From Guillardia theta CCMP2712 (lineage: Eukaryota > Protista > Cryptophyta), in contig NW_005434629.1 in NCBI RefSeq assembly GCF_000315625.1, positions 332,409 to 396,408 of the forward strand: 64,000 nt of DNA. Direction: 5' to 3'. The translations under genes and the position numbers were made by a program. Below the pieces are notes generated by a model. It saw only the letters and a program-made list of their open reading frames with translations. It did not search any database and had not been told where the DNA came from. Below are positions 13,129 to 24,964 of the stretch, one piece after another. Positions within the stretch are counted from its first letter, which is position 1, and each line of letters starts with the position of its first letter.

Positions 13129-14388
13129 CGTTCAAAAATAATTCAAAACTTTCGTCAGACTCGCCTCAGATCATCTTCCTACCAATCTGAAGGGCAGTGA
13201 TACAAACATGGCCCAAGAAGGTCGCTGCATTGTCCTCACGTTCCACCCCCGCCTCAGAGGTACCGAACTTGTGCAGAGATACGGGAAGGGGAATTCGAGT
13301 GTCATCATGGCCAAGAGGTCAGGAGCCAGTCGTCGCACAAGAGCTGGTGGGACCAAAGGTGCTTGTCTCCCCTTCTCTCCCACCTGGAAGACGCAGTCCG
13401 AGTCTCTCCTCGTCTTCAGACCAGGCTTCAGGATCAGCTCGAGATTGAGGAAGAGGATCCTGCGTCTGGACCAGGATGGATAGGGCAGGTGGGATAGCAC
13501 ATGAGAGCGACAGGGCAGCCGCCATAGACAAGATTGATAGCGAATTCGACAGTCAAGCATCTGAATTCAGACTCAGATAGCTGACAGTACTCAGACATTC
13601 AATCTGGTTCCTCTCTGAAGCAAGGGATCGAGACAATTGATTTCCGTACTCGGGGAGGGGATGCAGAAGTAAATCGTCAACGAGGCAGAGCAATCACGTG
13701 GTCAGAGCATTATCTTCCGATATGTGCAAGCTATAGCCATGCTCGTTGATTCCGAACCCCAATCTATGATTGTTTTGCTGGTGAAAAGGCATGACCGCAA
13801 ACGCATGGTTTCGAATTCCCTTCTCGCCCCTCACATTCCCTACACATAGACGAATAGACCATTCTTGTTGTAGTCAGGGAGCGAGATATGATATCTTGGA
13901 AATCTTGAACTTGTGCAAGATGAGATGCCGTCATTGTTTCCCAGAGTTCGCACGCCTGCATGTCAATTTGGGTTGAATCTAGAGGAGAAGACAAGGACAA
14001 AGGTCGAGACGAACTCTGAGACATTCAAGGGACTAAGAATGCATGGGCTCGAACAATCATCATGGAATGCTGGGGTCCAGTTACTGTTTTCGAGCAACAA
14101 AAATACATCACACAACCGTCATCCTGAAGGTGAGAGCCTGGTCTTCGTAGATTCATTGGGAAGCAGCGAGAAATTAACATTTGCCCATCAAACTGGTACA
14201 GAAGAGATATCAATGACCTCTTGCAATGGAAGATTCAAGCCACGGATGAGTCATCAGCTCTTGTATAATTGGCCTTGAGACTTTTGATCTTTAATCTCAA
14301 GCAAAAGTTTTAAAGTATTGAGCTTTACTTGTAACGCAACCGAAAATCCTCTCTTCCGATTTCGATACAATCTTGACAGCATGCACCC

Positions 14389-15099
14389 TCACAGCCTGAT
14401 TTCCTCCCCTGTCGCCCCTACCACCACCGGTCGATCCTCCTGACTCAGCAGCTCAATGCAGTGCGCTAGCGCCCTCAGCTGCCTCCTCCGGTACTCCGAG
14501 GGCGAGAGAGTGTCGGCAGAGAGATGGCAGGGCTTGAGGTCAGAGGATGCGGCAGCCTTGAGGGGAGGCGACGTGACGGGGAGCAGGCCAAGGCAGTCTG
14601 AGAGGAGATCGGCTTCGTCATCGCCGCAGGAGCTTGCGGAGAGGGAGTCGGAGGTGGGCGAGGAGGGGCAGTCGCCGTGGAACTCACAGGGTGAGTCGAT
14701 AAGGGTGAAGGGATGGCAGTAGTGCATGTTGGTAGTAGCGTCAGACGAAGAGAACGAGAAGGAAGCAGGTTGGGAGTAGGAGTAGGAGTAGGAGCAGGGG
14801 TAGGAGCAGGGGTAGGAGCAGGAGCAGGAGTAGGAGTAAGAGTAAGAGTAGGAGTAGGAGTAGGAGTAGCAGTAAGAGTAGCAGTAGCAGTAGCAGTAGC
14901 AGTAGTAGCAGTAGTAGCAGCAGTAGCAGTAGCAGTAGTAGTAGCAGCAGCAGTAGTAGTAGCAGTAGCAGTAGTAGCAGTAGCAGTAGTAGCAGTAGCA
15001 GTAGCAGTAGCAGTAGCAGCAGTAGGAGCAGGGGGACGTAGCGAAGGATCGACGGCGCTCGGCGACAAAGGCAGGGAGCAACTCGACAACTGGACTCAT
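14389..15099 (-). CDS. Small protein of the 'RQL.AL.H.IELLS...GEEIRL' family, copy 1, with an in-frame Cys/Tyr microsatellite
   Basis: Open frame; the C-terminal ~85 aa are nearly identical to those of 15958-16314. Confidence 0.55.
   Translation of the reverse strand: MSPVVELLPAFVAERRRSFATSPCSYCCYCYCYCYCYYCYCYYCYCYYYCCCYYYCYCYCCYYCYYCYCYCYCYSYCYSYSYSYSYSYSYSCSCSYPCSYPCSYSYSYSQPASFSFSSSDATTNMHYCHPFTLIDSPCEFHGDCPSSPTSDSLSASSCGDDEADLLSDCLGLLPVTSPPLKAAASSDLKPCHLSADTLSPSEYRRRQLRALAHCIELLSQEDRPVVVGATGEEIRL
14772..15032. repeat. (GTAGCA/GTAGGA)n microsatellite
   Basis: Direct tandem repeat inside ORF 14389-15099. Confidence 0.9.
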
Positions 15100-15957
15100 C
15101 AACAAGTCGGGAGAGAAGGTCGCAGTTCTCGTTTTACTACAGGTACGTCGGAGAATTCCGAAGTTCCGGGAAGTGACTCAATGAGGCCCCCGAATCATGG
15201 TCATGGCCCCTTGCCAGTTAAATGTTTTAGTTAACGCCGGGATAGCGCCAGTTAAACGTTTTTGAGGATTTTAACTCTGGCAGTACCTGATTGTCCTCGT
15301 GACTGATTTTTAACTTAACTTTCGAGTAAAAGTTGAAGAACTTTGAGTAACTTTCATAAAGGGAGGCTAGGTGAGACGGAGTCGAGGCCGCTCACTGCGG
15401 CGAGGCCGCTGGGCCGCCGCCGGCCCGTCACGTGACAGCCAGTGCTGAGTGGGCCCGGGGCGCCGCGGCGGCCGGAATCTCACTGTCAGTCAGATTACCG
15501 AGTCACACTGTGCCAGTTTACTGGGCAAATCCTTCAGTGTCATGATGCACCGCGGAATGTTCCGAGCCCGGAAAGCAAACCGATTTCCGCTTCAACAAAC
15601 CGAATTGAAACCAGGTCTTTTCGATCTGATGACATAATCTGCGAAACGTCACTGTCAGGCTCAGAGGGCTGTAACTGAGTTTACCCTCATCCCCTTACTA
15701 CACTATTGCCAAGAATCGGAACTTTATGACCCCTTCATGGCCCAAAGATACATAGCTCAAAAGGGGGGGTAGGGTTCACAAGAATAGAAACGCCTTCTTC
15801 TTGGCGGGTAGTAAAGAAAGGAACAAACAGGCCGGACCCTACCCACCTGAGGGCCTCCATTCCAGTGGGCAATCCACCCGTACCCGTGGATGGCCCCCAT
15901 TCCTGTGTCAAGATAAGCCCCACCGCAGGCAAAGTACTTTCATCCACCTTCCCTTCC

Positions 15958-16314
15958 ATGGTCTCCGACCGTCGTCGATCCTTCCCTTTCTCCTCATCCG
16001 ATCATTGTCAGTTCTGTCTCGATCAGCCCTCCTTCTCTTCCCTCTCCTTCTCCGACTCCCTCTCCGAAAGCTCCTGCGGCGATGACGAAGCCGATCTCCT
16101 CTCAGACTGCCTTGGCCTGCTCCCCGTCAGGTCGCCTCCCCTCAAGGCTGAAGCATCCTCTGACCTCAAGCCCCGCCATCTCTCTGCCGACACTCTCTCG
16201 CCCTCGGAGTACCGGAGGAGGCAGCTGAGGGCGCTAGCGCACTGCATTGAGCTGCTGAGTCAGGAGGATCGACCGGTGGTGGTAGGGGCGACAGGGGAGG
16301 AAGTCAGGCTGTGA
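15958..16314 (+). CDS. Small protein of the same family, copy 2 (118 aa)
   Basis: MVSDRRRSF...RRRQLRALAHCIELLSQEDRPVVVGATGEEVRL*; an inverted near-duplicate of about 14380-14650. Confidence 0.6.
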   Translation: MVSDRRRSFPFSSSDHCQFCLDQPSFSSLSFSDSLSESSCGDDEADLLSDCLGLLPVRSPPLKAEASSDLKPRHLSADTLSPSEYRRRQLRALAHCIELLSQEDRPVVVGATGEEVRL

Positions 16315-16521
16315 GGGTGCATGCCGTGGCATGAGGGAGAAGAGAAGAAGAATGTATACTAGTATGAGCACACGATGAATGATCACGACATGCGCAAGAG
16401 ACCGAAGGAGGTGGTGTAGTGTAGCCACAGTAAAATGTTGTTGAAAGTAAAGGTGCTCCAAAAACAAATCCAATGTTGTCTTGCCGCCCTCCCCACAAGC
16501 TGAGCGAGATCCTGGAGGCTC

Positions 16522-16842
16522 CTAGGCAGAGAAATCGGAAGAGGACGTGTCGGTGATTGAGTCCGAGTAGATCATCTGACTGAGGCTCGAGCTGTCATCA
16601 CCGTCGCTGAGATCGATGCGAGCGGACGTCCTGGAGAAGAAAAGCGTCAGGGCCATGAGATCTCGCCTGTGTTCGCAGACTGACCTCATGCCCCTTTTGG
16701 CCTCTCGAGCTGCCTTTCTTTTCAGGTACTCAGGGTTCTCACCGACACCTTTCGAGATGTGGTCACTCGTTGAAAGCACTTTCGTCATCATCATCGTTAA
16801 CATCCTCGTTAACATCATCCTCATCGTCATCCTCAACATTAT

Positions 16843-16891
<49 letters not shown>

Positions 16892-19743
16892 AGCAGTGAA
16901 TTTCCGCCAATATCAACGTCATCCTTATCATCACAGTTACCGTATAGGGGGCATTTCTTGCACCCTCTTGAAGGGCAGTTATTGCATCGCATTTCTCCAG
17001 AGCGCATGATCGAAGCTTTTGATTCCGCTGCAAGAACACCATCACACCTTTATCGCCATCTCCTTCGCTCATTGTTGTCAACCTGCCCCTTCCTTTCTTG
17101 AGAAGTAGCCTCCTGTCGTCTGATACTCGATGAAGTTTCCTCCCACCAGCCTTGCAGCCGGATTGATCACCTGAGAAATCGCTCGTCAAGATGGGCAAGA
17201 TGGGGGGGGAGGGTGAGAGGTAGGGATTTGAAGAGATGTGAAAATAGCAGGAAAGGTACAGAAAGGAGGAGACTAGAAATCAACATTGAAGGATAGAAAA
17301 TGGAAAAGACAGCGATGTAGAAGAATTCTTTGCACAGGCACAAAGGGAGAGAAGAATAGCAAGTGTGACTTACAGTATACTTCCTCTCGGTCTCTAGCGC
17401 AACCAGGTCATCCCACGACACGTACCAAATGCTGAATGCGGCAGTTGAGAGGATGAAGGGACCCAAGGGAAGAGACAAGGAAACTAATAGTGATCACGAA
17501 CAAGCTCACCAGTCTACAGGGCAAGTTGCCACTGCCTCCGCAATCGTATCCTCGCTGTCTCCTCCCTTGTGTTCATCAGTCAGAAGCTTTCCGGAAAGAG
17601 CACAAGAACGAGCAAACGGGAAGGAGGGATGATGAGTAGAGATGAGAGTAGAAGAGAAGAAGGCATAGCACTGAAAGAAAGCTTGCCTGTCTGAAAGCTC
17701 TGGCTCTGCCATACATCTGCTCCATGAAGAAAGTACTCCTTGCAACCTGCAAGACCCTCATTCGTCGCTCTCGACCGCTGCGTCATCCGGTGACTCACGG
17801 TGGCACAGTTGGTACACCCGATGCAAGTCGCCTCGTCAACGTATACAAATCTGTCAAGAGCTGCACCAGCACCAACACATCAACTTTCATGCATGTGCTC
17901 AAACACAGCGACAACCAGGATATCCATCCTCGTCAAACTGCACAGTTGTGTGCGAGTCTCTCTCTCCATCCGCATTGTCTGAGAAGACGTCCAATTTCTT
18001 ATCTGCAGAGTACATCAAAAAGTCGTTTTGTCCTCTTGCAGGCCGGCTGCTTTCACTGCCAACAAGACTCTACCTGCCGTCTTCTTCAACAGCTTGCTAG
18101 TCTCCTTCTCAGAATCCAAGAATGCCCTGCACCACCGTGTTATACACTCTTCACGACTCACGTCCCACTGCAACACCTCTCCGAGATCCCAAGAAAGTCA
18201 GCAGGTCTGTCCCATGTGGTTTCCTGTGTCTTCTTGTTCCAATAATAGACTCTCTTGGTCGTCTCGTCCACCACCATCTCCCACTTGCTGTCTCCAACCG
18301 GCTGAGGCGCCACCTCTCCTTCCTCCTCACTCGTCTCGCTCTGCGGGCAGAGCTCAGTCGCAGACTACCAGCGTGCTCCTGCCTTCACCGAGTCCGTCGT
18401 AATCTTCGACAGCAGCGAGATCTCCTCCTCGTCATCCAGAGACCTCGTCAAAGTGGTGGTGCTGTAGGCACTGACCCTGCTCCTCCTCAGGACGACACGA
18501 GAGCACAGCAAGGCATCGGCACACCTGCTCTCCGAGCTCTGCGACTCGTCTACAACAAGTTCATCCAGGAGAGTGAGCCCGTCTCCTGCCTTCTTCATCT
18601 GCAACGGCACGCTCAACACTACATCGCCTGCCTCCCCCCCTGCCCCCCCCTCTCTTGTCTCCCTCCCTCTCTACCCCTCCCCCCTCCCCCTCCCCCTCCC
18701 CCACTGCCGCCTACCCGACATGGCTGACTCACCTGGACAGACAACCTCACGGAGCCTGTGAGAGGCTTCAAACAGGCCGAGAGCTCCTTCCCGTTGACCG
18801 AGAAGAACACTCCATCTCCATCGATGGACACAGTGAGCTCATCGCCGGCCCTCAGCGGCGCCTCCCCTTCATGCACCAACTGCAATCCTGTCAATCCTCC
18901 AGTTCAACTGCCCCCCCCCCTCCGACCAGGTACCTCTCCTCCGTTGTACAAGTTTCCATTGTGAGTGATGTAGAACGCTTCGTTGAAGTGCTCGGGGTCT
19001 CGCCAGCTGGAGTCAAGGTCCACTTTCAACGATGTCAGCCCAACGCTCATCGTGCCCTGCAGCTCCGCTATCCTCAGCTTCCACTGCACGTATCCTCCCG
19101 GGCCGTACGCGTTGAGACCCCTCGCACTCTTGAGTGTCTCGGACGCCCCGTCTGTCACCCAGACTGTCTTTCCCTGGGTTGCGAGCCCAGAGTGTAAGAA
19201 TGGCCAACGTTTGACATCATCGGAGTTCTCCTCCAAGTCAAGTGATGACATGAGCCTGGCGTTCGATCTGCTCATGATGTTCTGCATCTTGTCAGCAATG
19301 CTCCTATACATATCTGCTCCTGTCGTGTTCCCCATGGACTCTTCTTCCTCCGCCATTTTGAGGAAAACCTGCATGTCATCCTTTCGGAAGGACACCATCC
19401 CGCTGGTTCCCTTTCCTCCTTCATCTTCGGGTCGTGAGGATACAGATCGCTCGGACTCAGCCTGTCTGTCCGTCATTTTGAGTTGGATACCAGTCCTGGA
19501 CACGCCTCTCCCGCACTGCACATGACGAGCTGCCAGCCTTTCCCGCCTTGCTGTATTTATGACCCATCTCTCACTGCGGGAGAGGAGGGAGGAGGGGGAT
19601 CTTGGGTGATTGAGCATGGATGGAGAATAAGAGGCAGGAAATGGAGAGCAGAAGAACATGGAAGCGTCCAGAGCTCGAGGAGGAGCCACCAGGCTCGAGC
19701 ACATCGCAACCTGCAACGCGACTGCGCACCACCGCGCTAGCAT
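16522..19743 (-). CDS. Putative plastid-targeted SPRY + WW + 4Fe-4S/3Fe-4S ferredoxin (Fed7/DnaJ-Fer type) fusion protein, multi-exon
   Basis: Signal peptide plus S/R-rich transit-like region ending QLKM. SPRY: QWKLRI..MSVGL..FYITHNGNLY..AGDELTVSID. WW: WEMVVDETTKRVYYWNKKTQETTWDRP. Ferredoxin: FVYVDEATCIGCTNCATVARSTFFMEQMYGRARAFRQGGDSEDTIAEAVATCPVDCIWYV. Then CNNCPSRGCKKCPLYG. Confidence 0.75.
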
Positions 19744-20269
19744 TATTGTTGTTGTGGTACCTGTTAGCAAGCTACGAGGGAAGGGGTTCACGAAGGAGGG
19801 GTACCTCACACCACAAAGAGAAATTCACCGGTGAACAAAATAGTCAAATACACCGGTACACGATATGATGGGTCATGAAACTTTGTGGGGGTGGGTAGGG
19901 TAGCGAGTGTGAGTAATGGGTAGACCCCCAAGGGGGCAGAGATTCACTAGCGACCCTCGTAAGCGTCGACACTCTATGTCACTATTGCTGCCCTCCGAGG
20001 ACCCTAGTATCTCCTACATAAAACTACTAAATGTTAAGTTAAAAATAAGTACTAGGACTAACTGAACTAATAATAATTCTCTGAACCGTACCGGTGTTCT
20101 CTCACTGACAAGCCTCCGGCCCGGGCCCAGGGGCCGCGCCACGCCGGGCCAGTATAAGGTCCTCGGGACGGAGATGTTCTCCGGTCACTACAGGGCAGAA
20201 GGGTGGAGTCTGTGACCAGTCGGCCCCCTTTACAGCTGACATCATTGAGTGGTACTACTCGAACTGTAC

Positions 20270-20520
20270 TCGTCGTGTCCCCTCAGATCACGTGGACAAT
20301 GGGTAAGAAGTCATTCTCGATCCTTCTATGTATCGTGATTCTTTCCCCGTGGTTTCCTGAACGTCGGTGGGGTGTCGTAAAAGGATCCCAGTTACAACAG
20401 AACGTCGTGGTTTTAGAACGTTATCGAACGGCTGGGACCTTTCGACTCCTTGATATGCACCCCTTGGAGTCCTTGGATTTACAACACCTGTAGTAAAAGC
20501 CTAACGCCTTGCAGCTTTTA
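20270..20520 (-). repeat. Probable interspersed repeat fragment
   Basis: Intergenic, no gene model. Contains TTTTACTACAGGT on the minus strand, which also occurs on the plus strand at about 15132. Copy number cannot be tested here. Confidence 0.3.
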
Positions 20521-20787
20521 CCACTTCCCTCCTCACATTAACTGCGTCTCGATGGCATCCGTGGGCCATCTGACTCTGGATGTAAAATAGTTTTAGAGTT
20601 CCCCCTTACAGACAATCCCCTGTGGTAAACTTGGGGTGTGTGATTGTATTCCCCTGTTCTCCTCAGTTTCGTTCACCCTCCTCCTCATCTTACCTTGACC
20701 CACGTTCTTTCCGTCACTGCAGCACACAGAGCTCCTCTTCCCTCCTTCCCAGAGAATCCTTCTTACCTCTTACACCTAAAATCAACT

Positions 20788-21126
20788 ATGCAAAGATTGC
20801 AATCCTCCGACATCACCTTGTCCGCCGACCCTCTCGATGACAGAATGGAAACCGATCTCTCCGAGTTTGAGGAATTCGTGAGAACAGCAAGCGGTGCTCT
20901 TGCCGCTGCTGCCTCTAGGGGAGACTACGAGATGAAAGATGAACCAGAGCTGAAGAGAAAACTTCCGAGCTGCAACCAAGTCTTGAGCGAAGAGGCCAGG
21001 AACGAGAAATATGGCTGCCCTGCCCGAGCAAGGCAGATCGAGGCTCTGAAGCACTCTATCGAGCTTCTCAGCAGAACAAATCGACCTACTCTCATTACTG
21101 CCCTTGGAGACGAAATCAGATTGTAA
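20788..21126 (+). CDS. Small protein of the same family, diverged copy 3 (112 aa)
   Basis: C-terminus RARQIEALKHSIELLSRTNRPTLITALGDEIRL* aligns with copies 1 and 2. AT-rich 3' region with AATAAA follows. Confidence 0.65.
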   Translation: MQRLQSSDITLSADPLDDRMETDLSEFEEFVRTASGALAAAASRGDYEMKDEPELKRKLPSCNQVLSEEARNEKYGCPARARQIEALKHSIELLSRTNRPTLITALGDEIRL

Positions 21127-21445
21127 ACGTCTTGTGCTTTTATTTGTTTTAGAAACTGTATTTTAGGATCAATAAAGTGTTGTACTCGAAAATGGTTTTT
21201 TTAGTGTCTTGCTGCCTTTACAATGATTACAACGAACAAGCCTTCAGCATCACAAATGAACTTGAACATAGCAACGATGCACAGCATTGTACTGGGTCAA
21301 TGTGCTTGAATGGCATCTAGTACGGATTTCGTACGTCGGAGCACGGCACTGCAAGGAGGTTCTTACATGAATGTGAGCATGGAATGGAGTGGAATCGAGT
21401 TGGGGTTGACATGGGTCAATTAATATCACAAGGAAAGACGAGAAG

Positions 21446-23898
21446 CTAAAACTGTGTTGTGCCGGCGACAGAAATCTTCCTTCCGTTCAAGTTTCTCAGC
21501 GTCCTCGCGTTGTTGCTCACGTGCACGTCTTGGATCATTTTCAAGTCCTCCTGCGGTGAAGGCAATCAGGCACTTGGCAGTGAAGAGTCGTGGCAGACTC
21601 ACCGATTTTATGGGAAGAACAGTCTTCATCACCAGCCACGTCACCTTTGACTTGCAGGGAGGGGTGGTCATTGATCCCTGGTAGATCAATCAGCTTGTGC
21701 TCGCATACTCTCCAGGCTTTCTCTCTTCAACGCTTTCACAGCAGTCTGCTCACCTCATAGATGTAGTAGGTGCTGAGCAGCGAATGGATGTTGACAGTGA
21801 TGTCTCGAAAACGCAGGTCCGGTATCAAGTTCCGCCCATAGCCCTTTGCTGACGATGCCACGCTGGCGATCCTTGAGACCTGAGAAAACCTCAAGGGTCA
21901 GCATTCCAGAAGGAAAGTCGTGAAACTGTCTGACCCATTGGGGCGTCGAGTCGCCAGTGTCAAAGAGGACAGCGTAATGCAGCCGAGAAAACTCGTTGTT
22001 GTTTGGCGTCAGGCACTGGCCATTCCCATTGGTAACGCATCCTGTCCTCTCCATCAAGAACTGAACTTCCATGGCCTTCCTCGAGCCCTCGATCGCATGC
22101 TCCGATGGCGTGTGAAAAGTGATCTCTCGCAAGGTGTAGATTGAGTTCTCGTAGGTCATCGTTGGTTCTCCAGGAATCTGAAGCGTAAGAGTGTACGCAT
22201 TGTTTTGACTGCAGAAAAGTGCAAGTCAGAAAAGAAAAAAAACGAGAACAAACATGCACAAGAGAGATAACGAGAAAATGACATGCAGCAAGTGACAACA
22301 GCAACGATGAGTATGCAGAACAGCAGAGTGACTTACTTGTTGCAAGGCAAGCAGTCGCAATCTTTTAGTAGGACCTTCATGGGGTCCGTGTTGCTCTTCC
22401 CGAGTTCGAAGATCAGAGGCCTCAGCCCAACAGGTTCGACACAAGCCTTCCCCCAGTTTACATTCGCCATGCACTCATTGGTGTAGAGGTCCACGGGACT
22501 CTGATTGTTCGAGTCTGCAATGCAAACATCTCGAGATTTCTGATCAGGCAACTTCTCGCAATCCTCCGCTCCGTTCCCGCATGACGCATACTCCTTCAAA
22601 CTCGGCCACCACTCCTCCCCTCGAGGACCATGGTAGGTCCAGTGGTCGGGAGCTTCGGGGCGCAAGGATGTCAGCACTCGCTGTCCGAGCATGAAGTAGG
22701 GGCGAACGTTGGCGCCCTGACGCATCTTGAAGCCTTGTATCGCTGAGGTTGACAGCGTGATCACTGATTTTGAGATCATCCACTGCACTCCAAGATAGCA
22801 GGGAGGGTACGTCTGCGAGCCCACGTAGGAGTAATACTCATTGAGGAGGGGGCTCAGGGCTTCGTTGAGCTCGCTGAAGTCAAGGCCCTTGGCCAGCTCC
22901 TTCGGCGTGATGCTCACGTCCTTCAAAGTCCCAAGAAGCTTCACGATCCAGTCAGGATTGACTACCGAATCACCTCCATCCTTGAAGAGGATGGCCATCG
23001 CGAGCTTCGGCGTGCAAGGAATGTGATCGGAGATCTCATCGGCAAGGCAATGCATGAACTGCATTTCCATGTCGAGCGCAGTGCTGTCGATGAGGTGCTC
23101 AGACGGAGTATGGAAGATGATGCGATCCAACTTCATCCTCTTGTGCTCTGAGGACTCGGGAACATATGGGCCCTCTGAGCACACCACATCGCAAACCTTG
23201 CACTCCTGCGTGCAATGCTGAACTTCAAGGTAGAAGGAGCGATCGAAGGCCTCAGTGATCGTTGCCTTGGGGTTCTCCCACGTAGGTCCAGATCCAAGAG
23301 GGAACGATGGACCATAACAGGTTGGGACGGCGTTCATGGTGACGATGTCGATGGGTGAGCTCATCTTCCCTGTCAAGTCTGGGTCGCAAAGCTTGTAATT
23401 TTTGTTCAAGCTCGACCAAACATCTGGATTTGAGTCTGCACGCAGAGTTACAAGCATGTTTGAGCAATGCTAGAATTCACACCTGCATCTTCGTAGCTCC
23501 ATGGGACCGGCTTCTCATTGGGAATCCTCTTGTAGTTCCTCAGCCAATTCTCGTAGCGGTTGTGTAGCGCCGAATCGTCATTGAGCGGATCAGGAACCCC
23601 ATTCACCGTGACGTAGGCATCGAGATTGTCGCTGTAGGGCTCGTACCCATCCTCGAGCCAGTCCTCCATGGCGAGCTGCTGCGGCTCTGAAGGACTCTTG
23701 ACCAGCAGCTCTGCATCCACTTGATTCCACTTGCTGTCCTCAACTGCCTGGTGAGGGACAACCTCCACCTTAGGTTCACTGCTGATGTGGTCAGCGTCAC
23801 CGAGCAACACCTGGGCAAAGCATGTTGCACCTGCTCACAGCCGAACAGATGGCAGCGAAGGAGATGAGAGCCAGACAACCAACGAGGCACCTCCGCAT
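21446..23898 (-). CDS. Secreted tandem two-domain alpha-carbonic anhydrase-related protein (probably acatalytic)
   Basis: Signal MRRCLVGCLALISFAAICSA. Domain 1: WSY..SSPIDI..FHTPSEH..YYSYVGSQTYPPC..VQW. Domain 2: WTYHG..NQSPVDL..FHTPSEH..YQGSMTTPPC..VTW..NNART. Confidence 0.85.
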
Positions 23899-24349
23899 CC
23901 TTGCACCAGCCGCGGCTGCCAATCACGAGACTCAGCGATCGAGATCAACAGATGGATCATGGCAGTTTGAGCCTTGAGGACACGAGCAGGTCTAGCTAGT
24001 TCTAATCTTTTCCATGCCTAGGGATCTCTCAATCTTCCTGGAGATCCACATTTGATACCAACTCCAGCTTTCAAGTCCTTTTATCTTCCATTTGACTCAA
24101 CAGCAAAATCCGATGAAAGCAACAAGCAGTCAGATGACTACTCGGGAACTACATGCTTTATGTGATCTCTTGTAGATACTCAACTTCCTCCTCGTGCTCC
24201 TTCCCCTCCCCTCCCCCCCCTCCTCGGCGCTCCTCCCCTCCCAACTCTCCTTCCTTCTACTGCATCTCCGCGAAGAGGCACCAGCCAACCCTATCCATAC
24301 CACCCCTTCTGGTATGTTCAAAGTACCGGTACTATACATTCTGGCAGTG

Positions 24350-24960
24350 CTCGACGCCGGATCGGACTGTCTCCGGTTGGGCCCGGCCGGCAATTGGCCG
24401 CGGCCGCTCGGGCCGACTCCGCCCGGCCGGGAGCGCCTACGGTGGGCCGCGCCCGGGCCCGGTCCAAGGTCCGTGACCTCAGCGCCTCAGTGTGACGCCG
24501 TCACAGTGACTCTGAGGTCAGACTGACTCGGCCCGGCGCGGTCCGTCGCCGGACCGTGCCACCGTCACGGTGCGTACGGACGGTCCGATCCGATCACGTA
24601 CACTCCGAGTACCGTACACTGCGTACGGACGGTCAGGCTCCGAGGCTCAGCGCCGCCGCGTGCCGCGACGGCCGGGCTCCCCCCGGCGCGGCTCGGCTCG
24701 GAACTTAAGTTACCGTACGGTTCCGCCGGAGTCAACGGTTCGACCCGCGACGCCGGGCCGCCGGGGCCGGGCCCCCGGGCGCCGGGCCGTCCGACGGCCC
24801 GTCGGTGACCCGCCGGGAGTATCTACTGCGACTCAGTGGCTCATGAAAGCTGCCGATCGCCGGACGCCCGGCCGGCCCGGTGATACGACGGCACGGTTGC
24901 CGCCGACTGAACCTCACGGTGACCTTGAACGCCGTAGTACCGTAAGTTGGCCGCAAGCGG
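24350..24960. repeat. GC-rich micro-palindrome block
   Basis: GGCCCGGGCC, CCGTACGG, GTCACAGTGAC and CGGACGGTCCG-type short palindromes. Confidence 0.55.
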
Positions 24961-24964
24961 CCAT

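Noticed and set aside
13171-14278. Several 60-130 aa ORFs upstream of the MORN exon
   Set aside because: No domain signal; possibly MORN 5' exons, but the frame cannot be determined.
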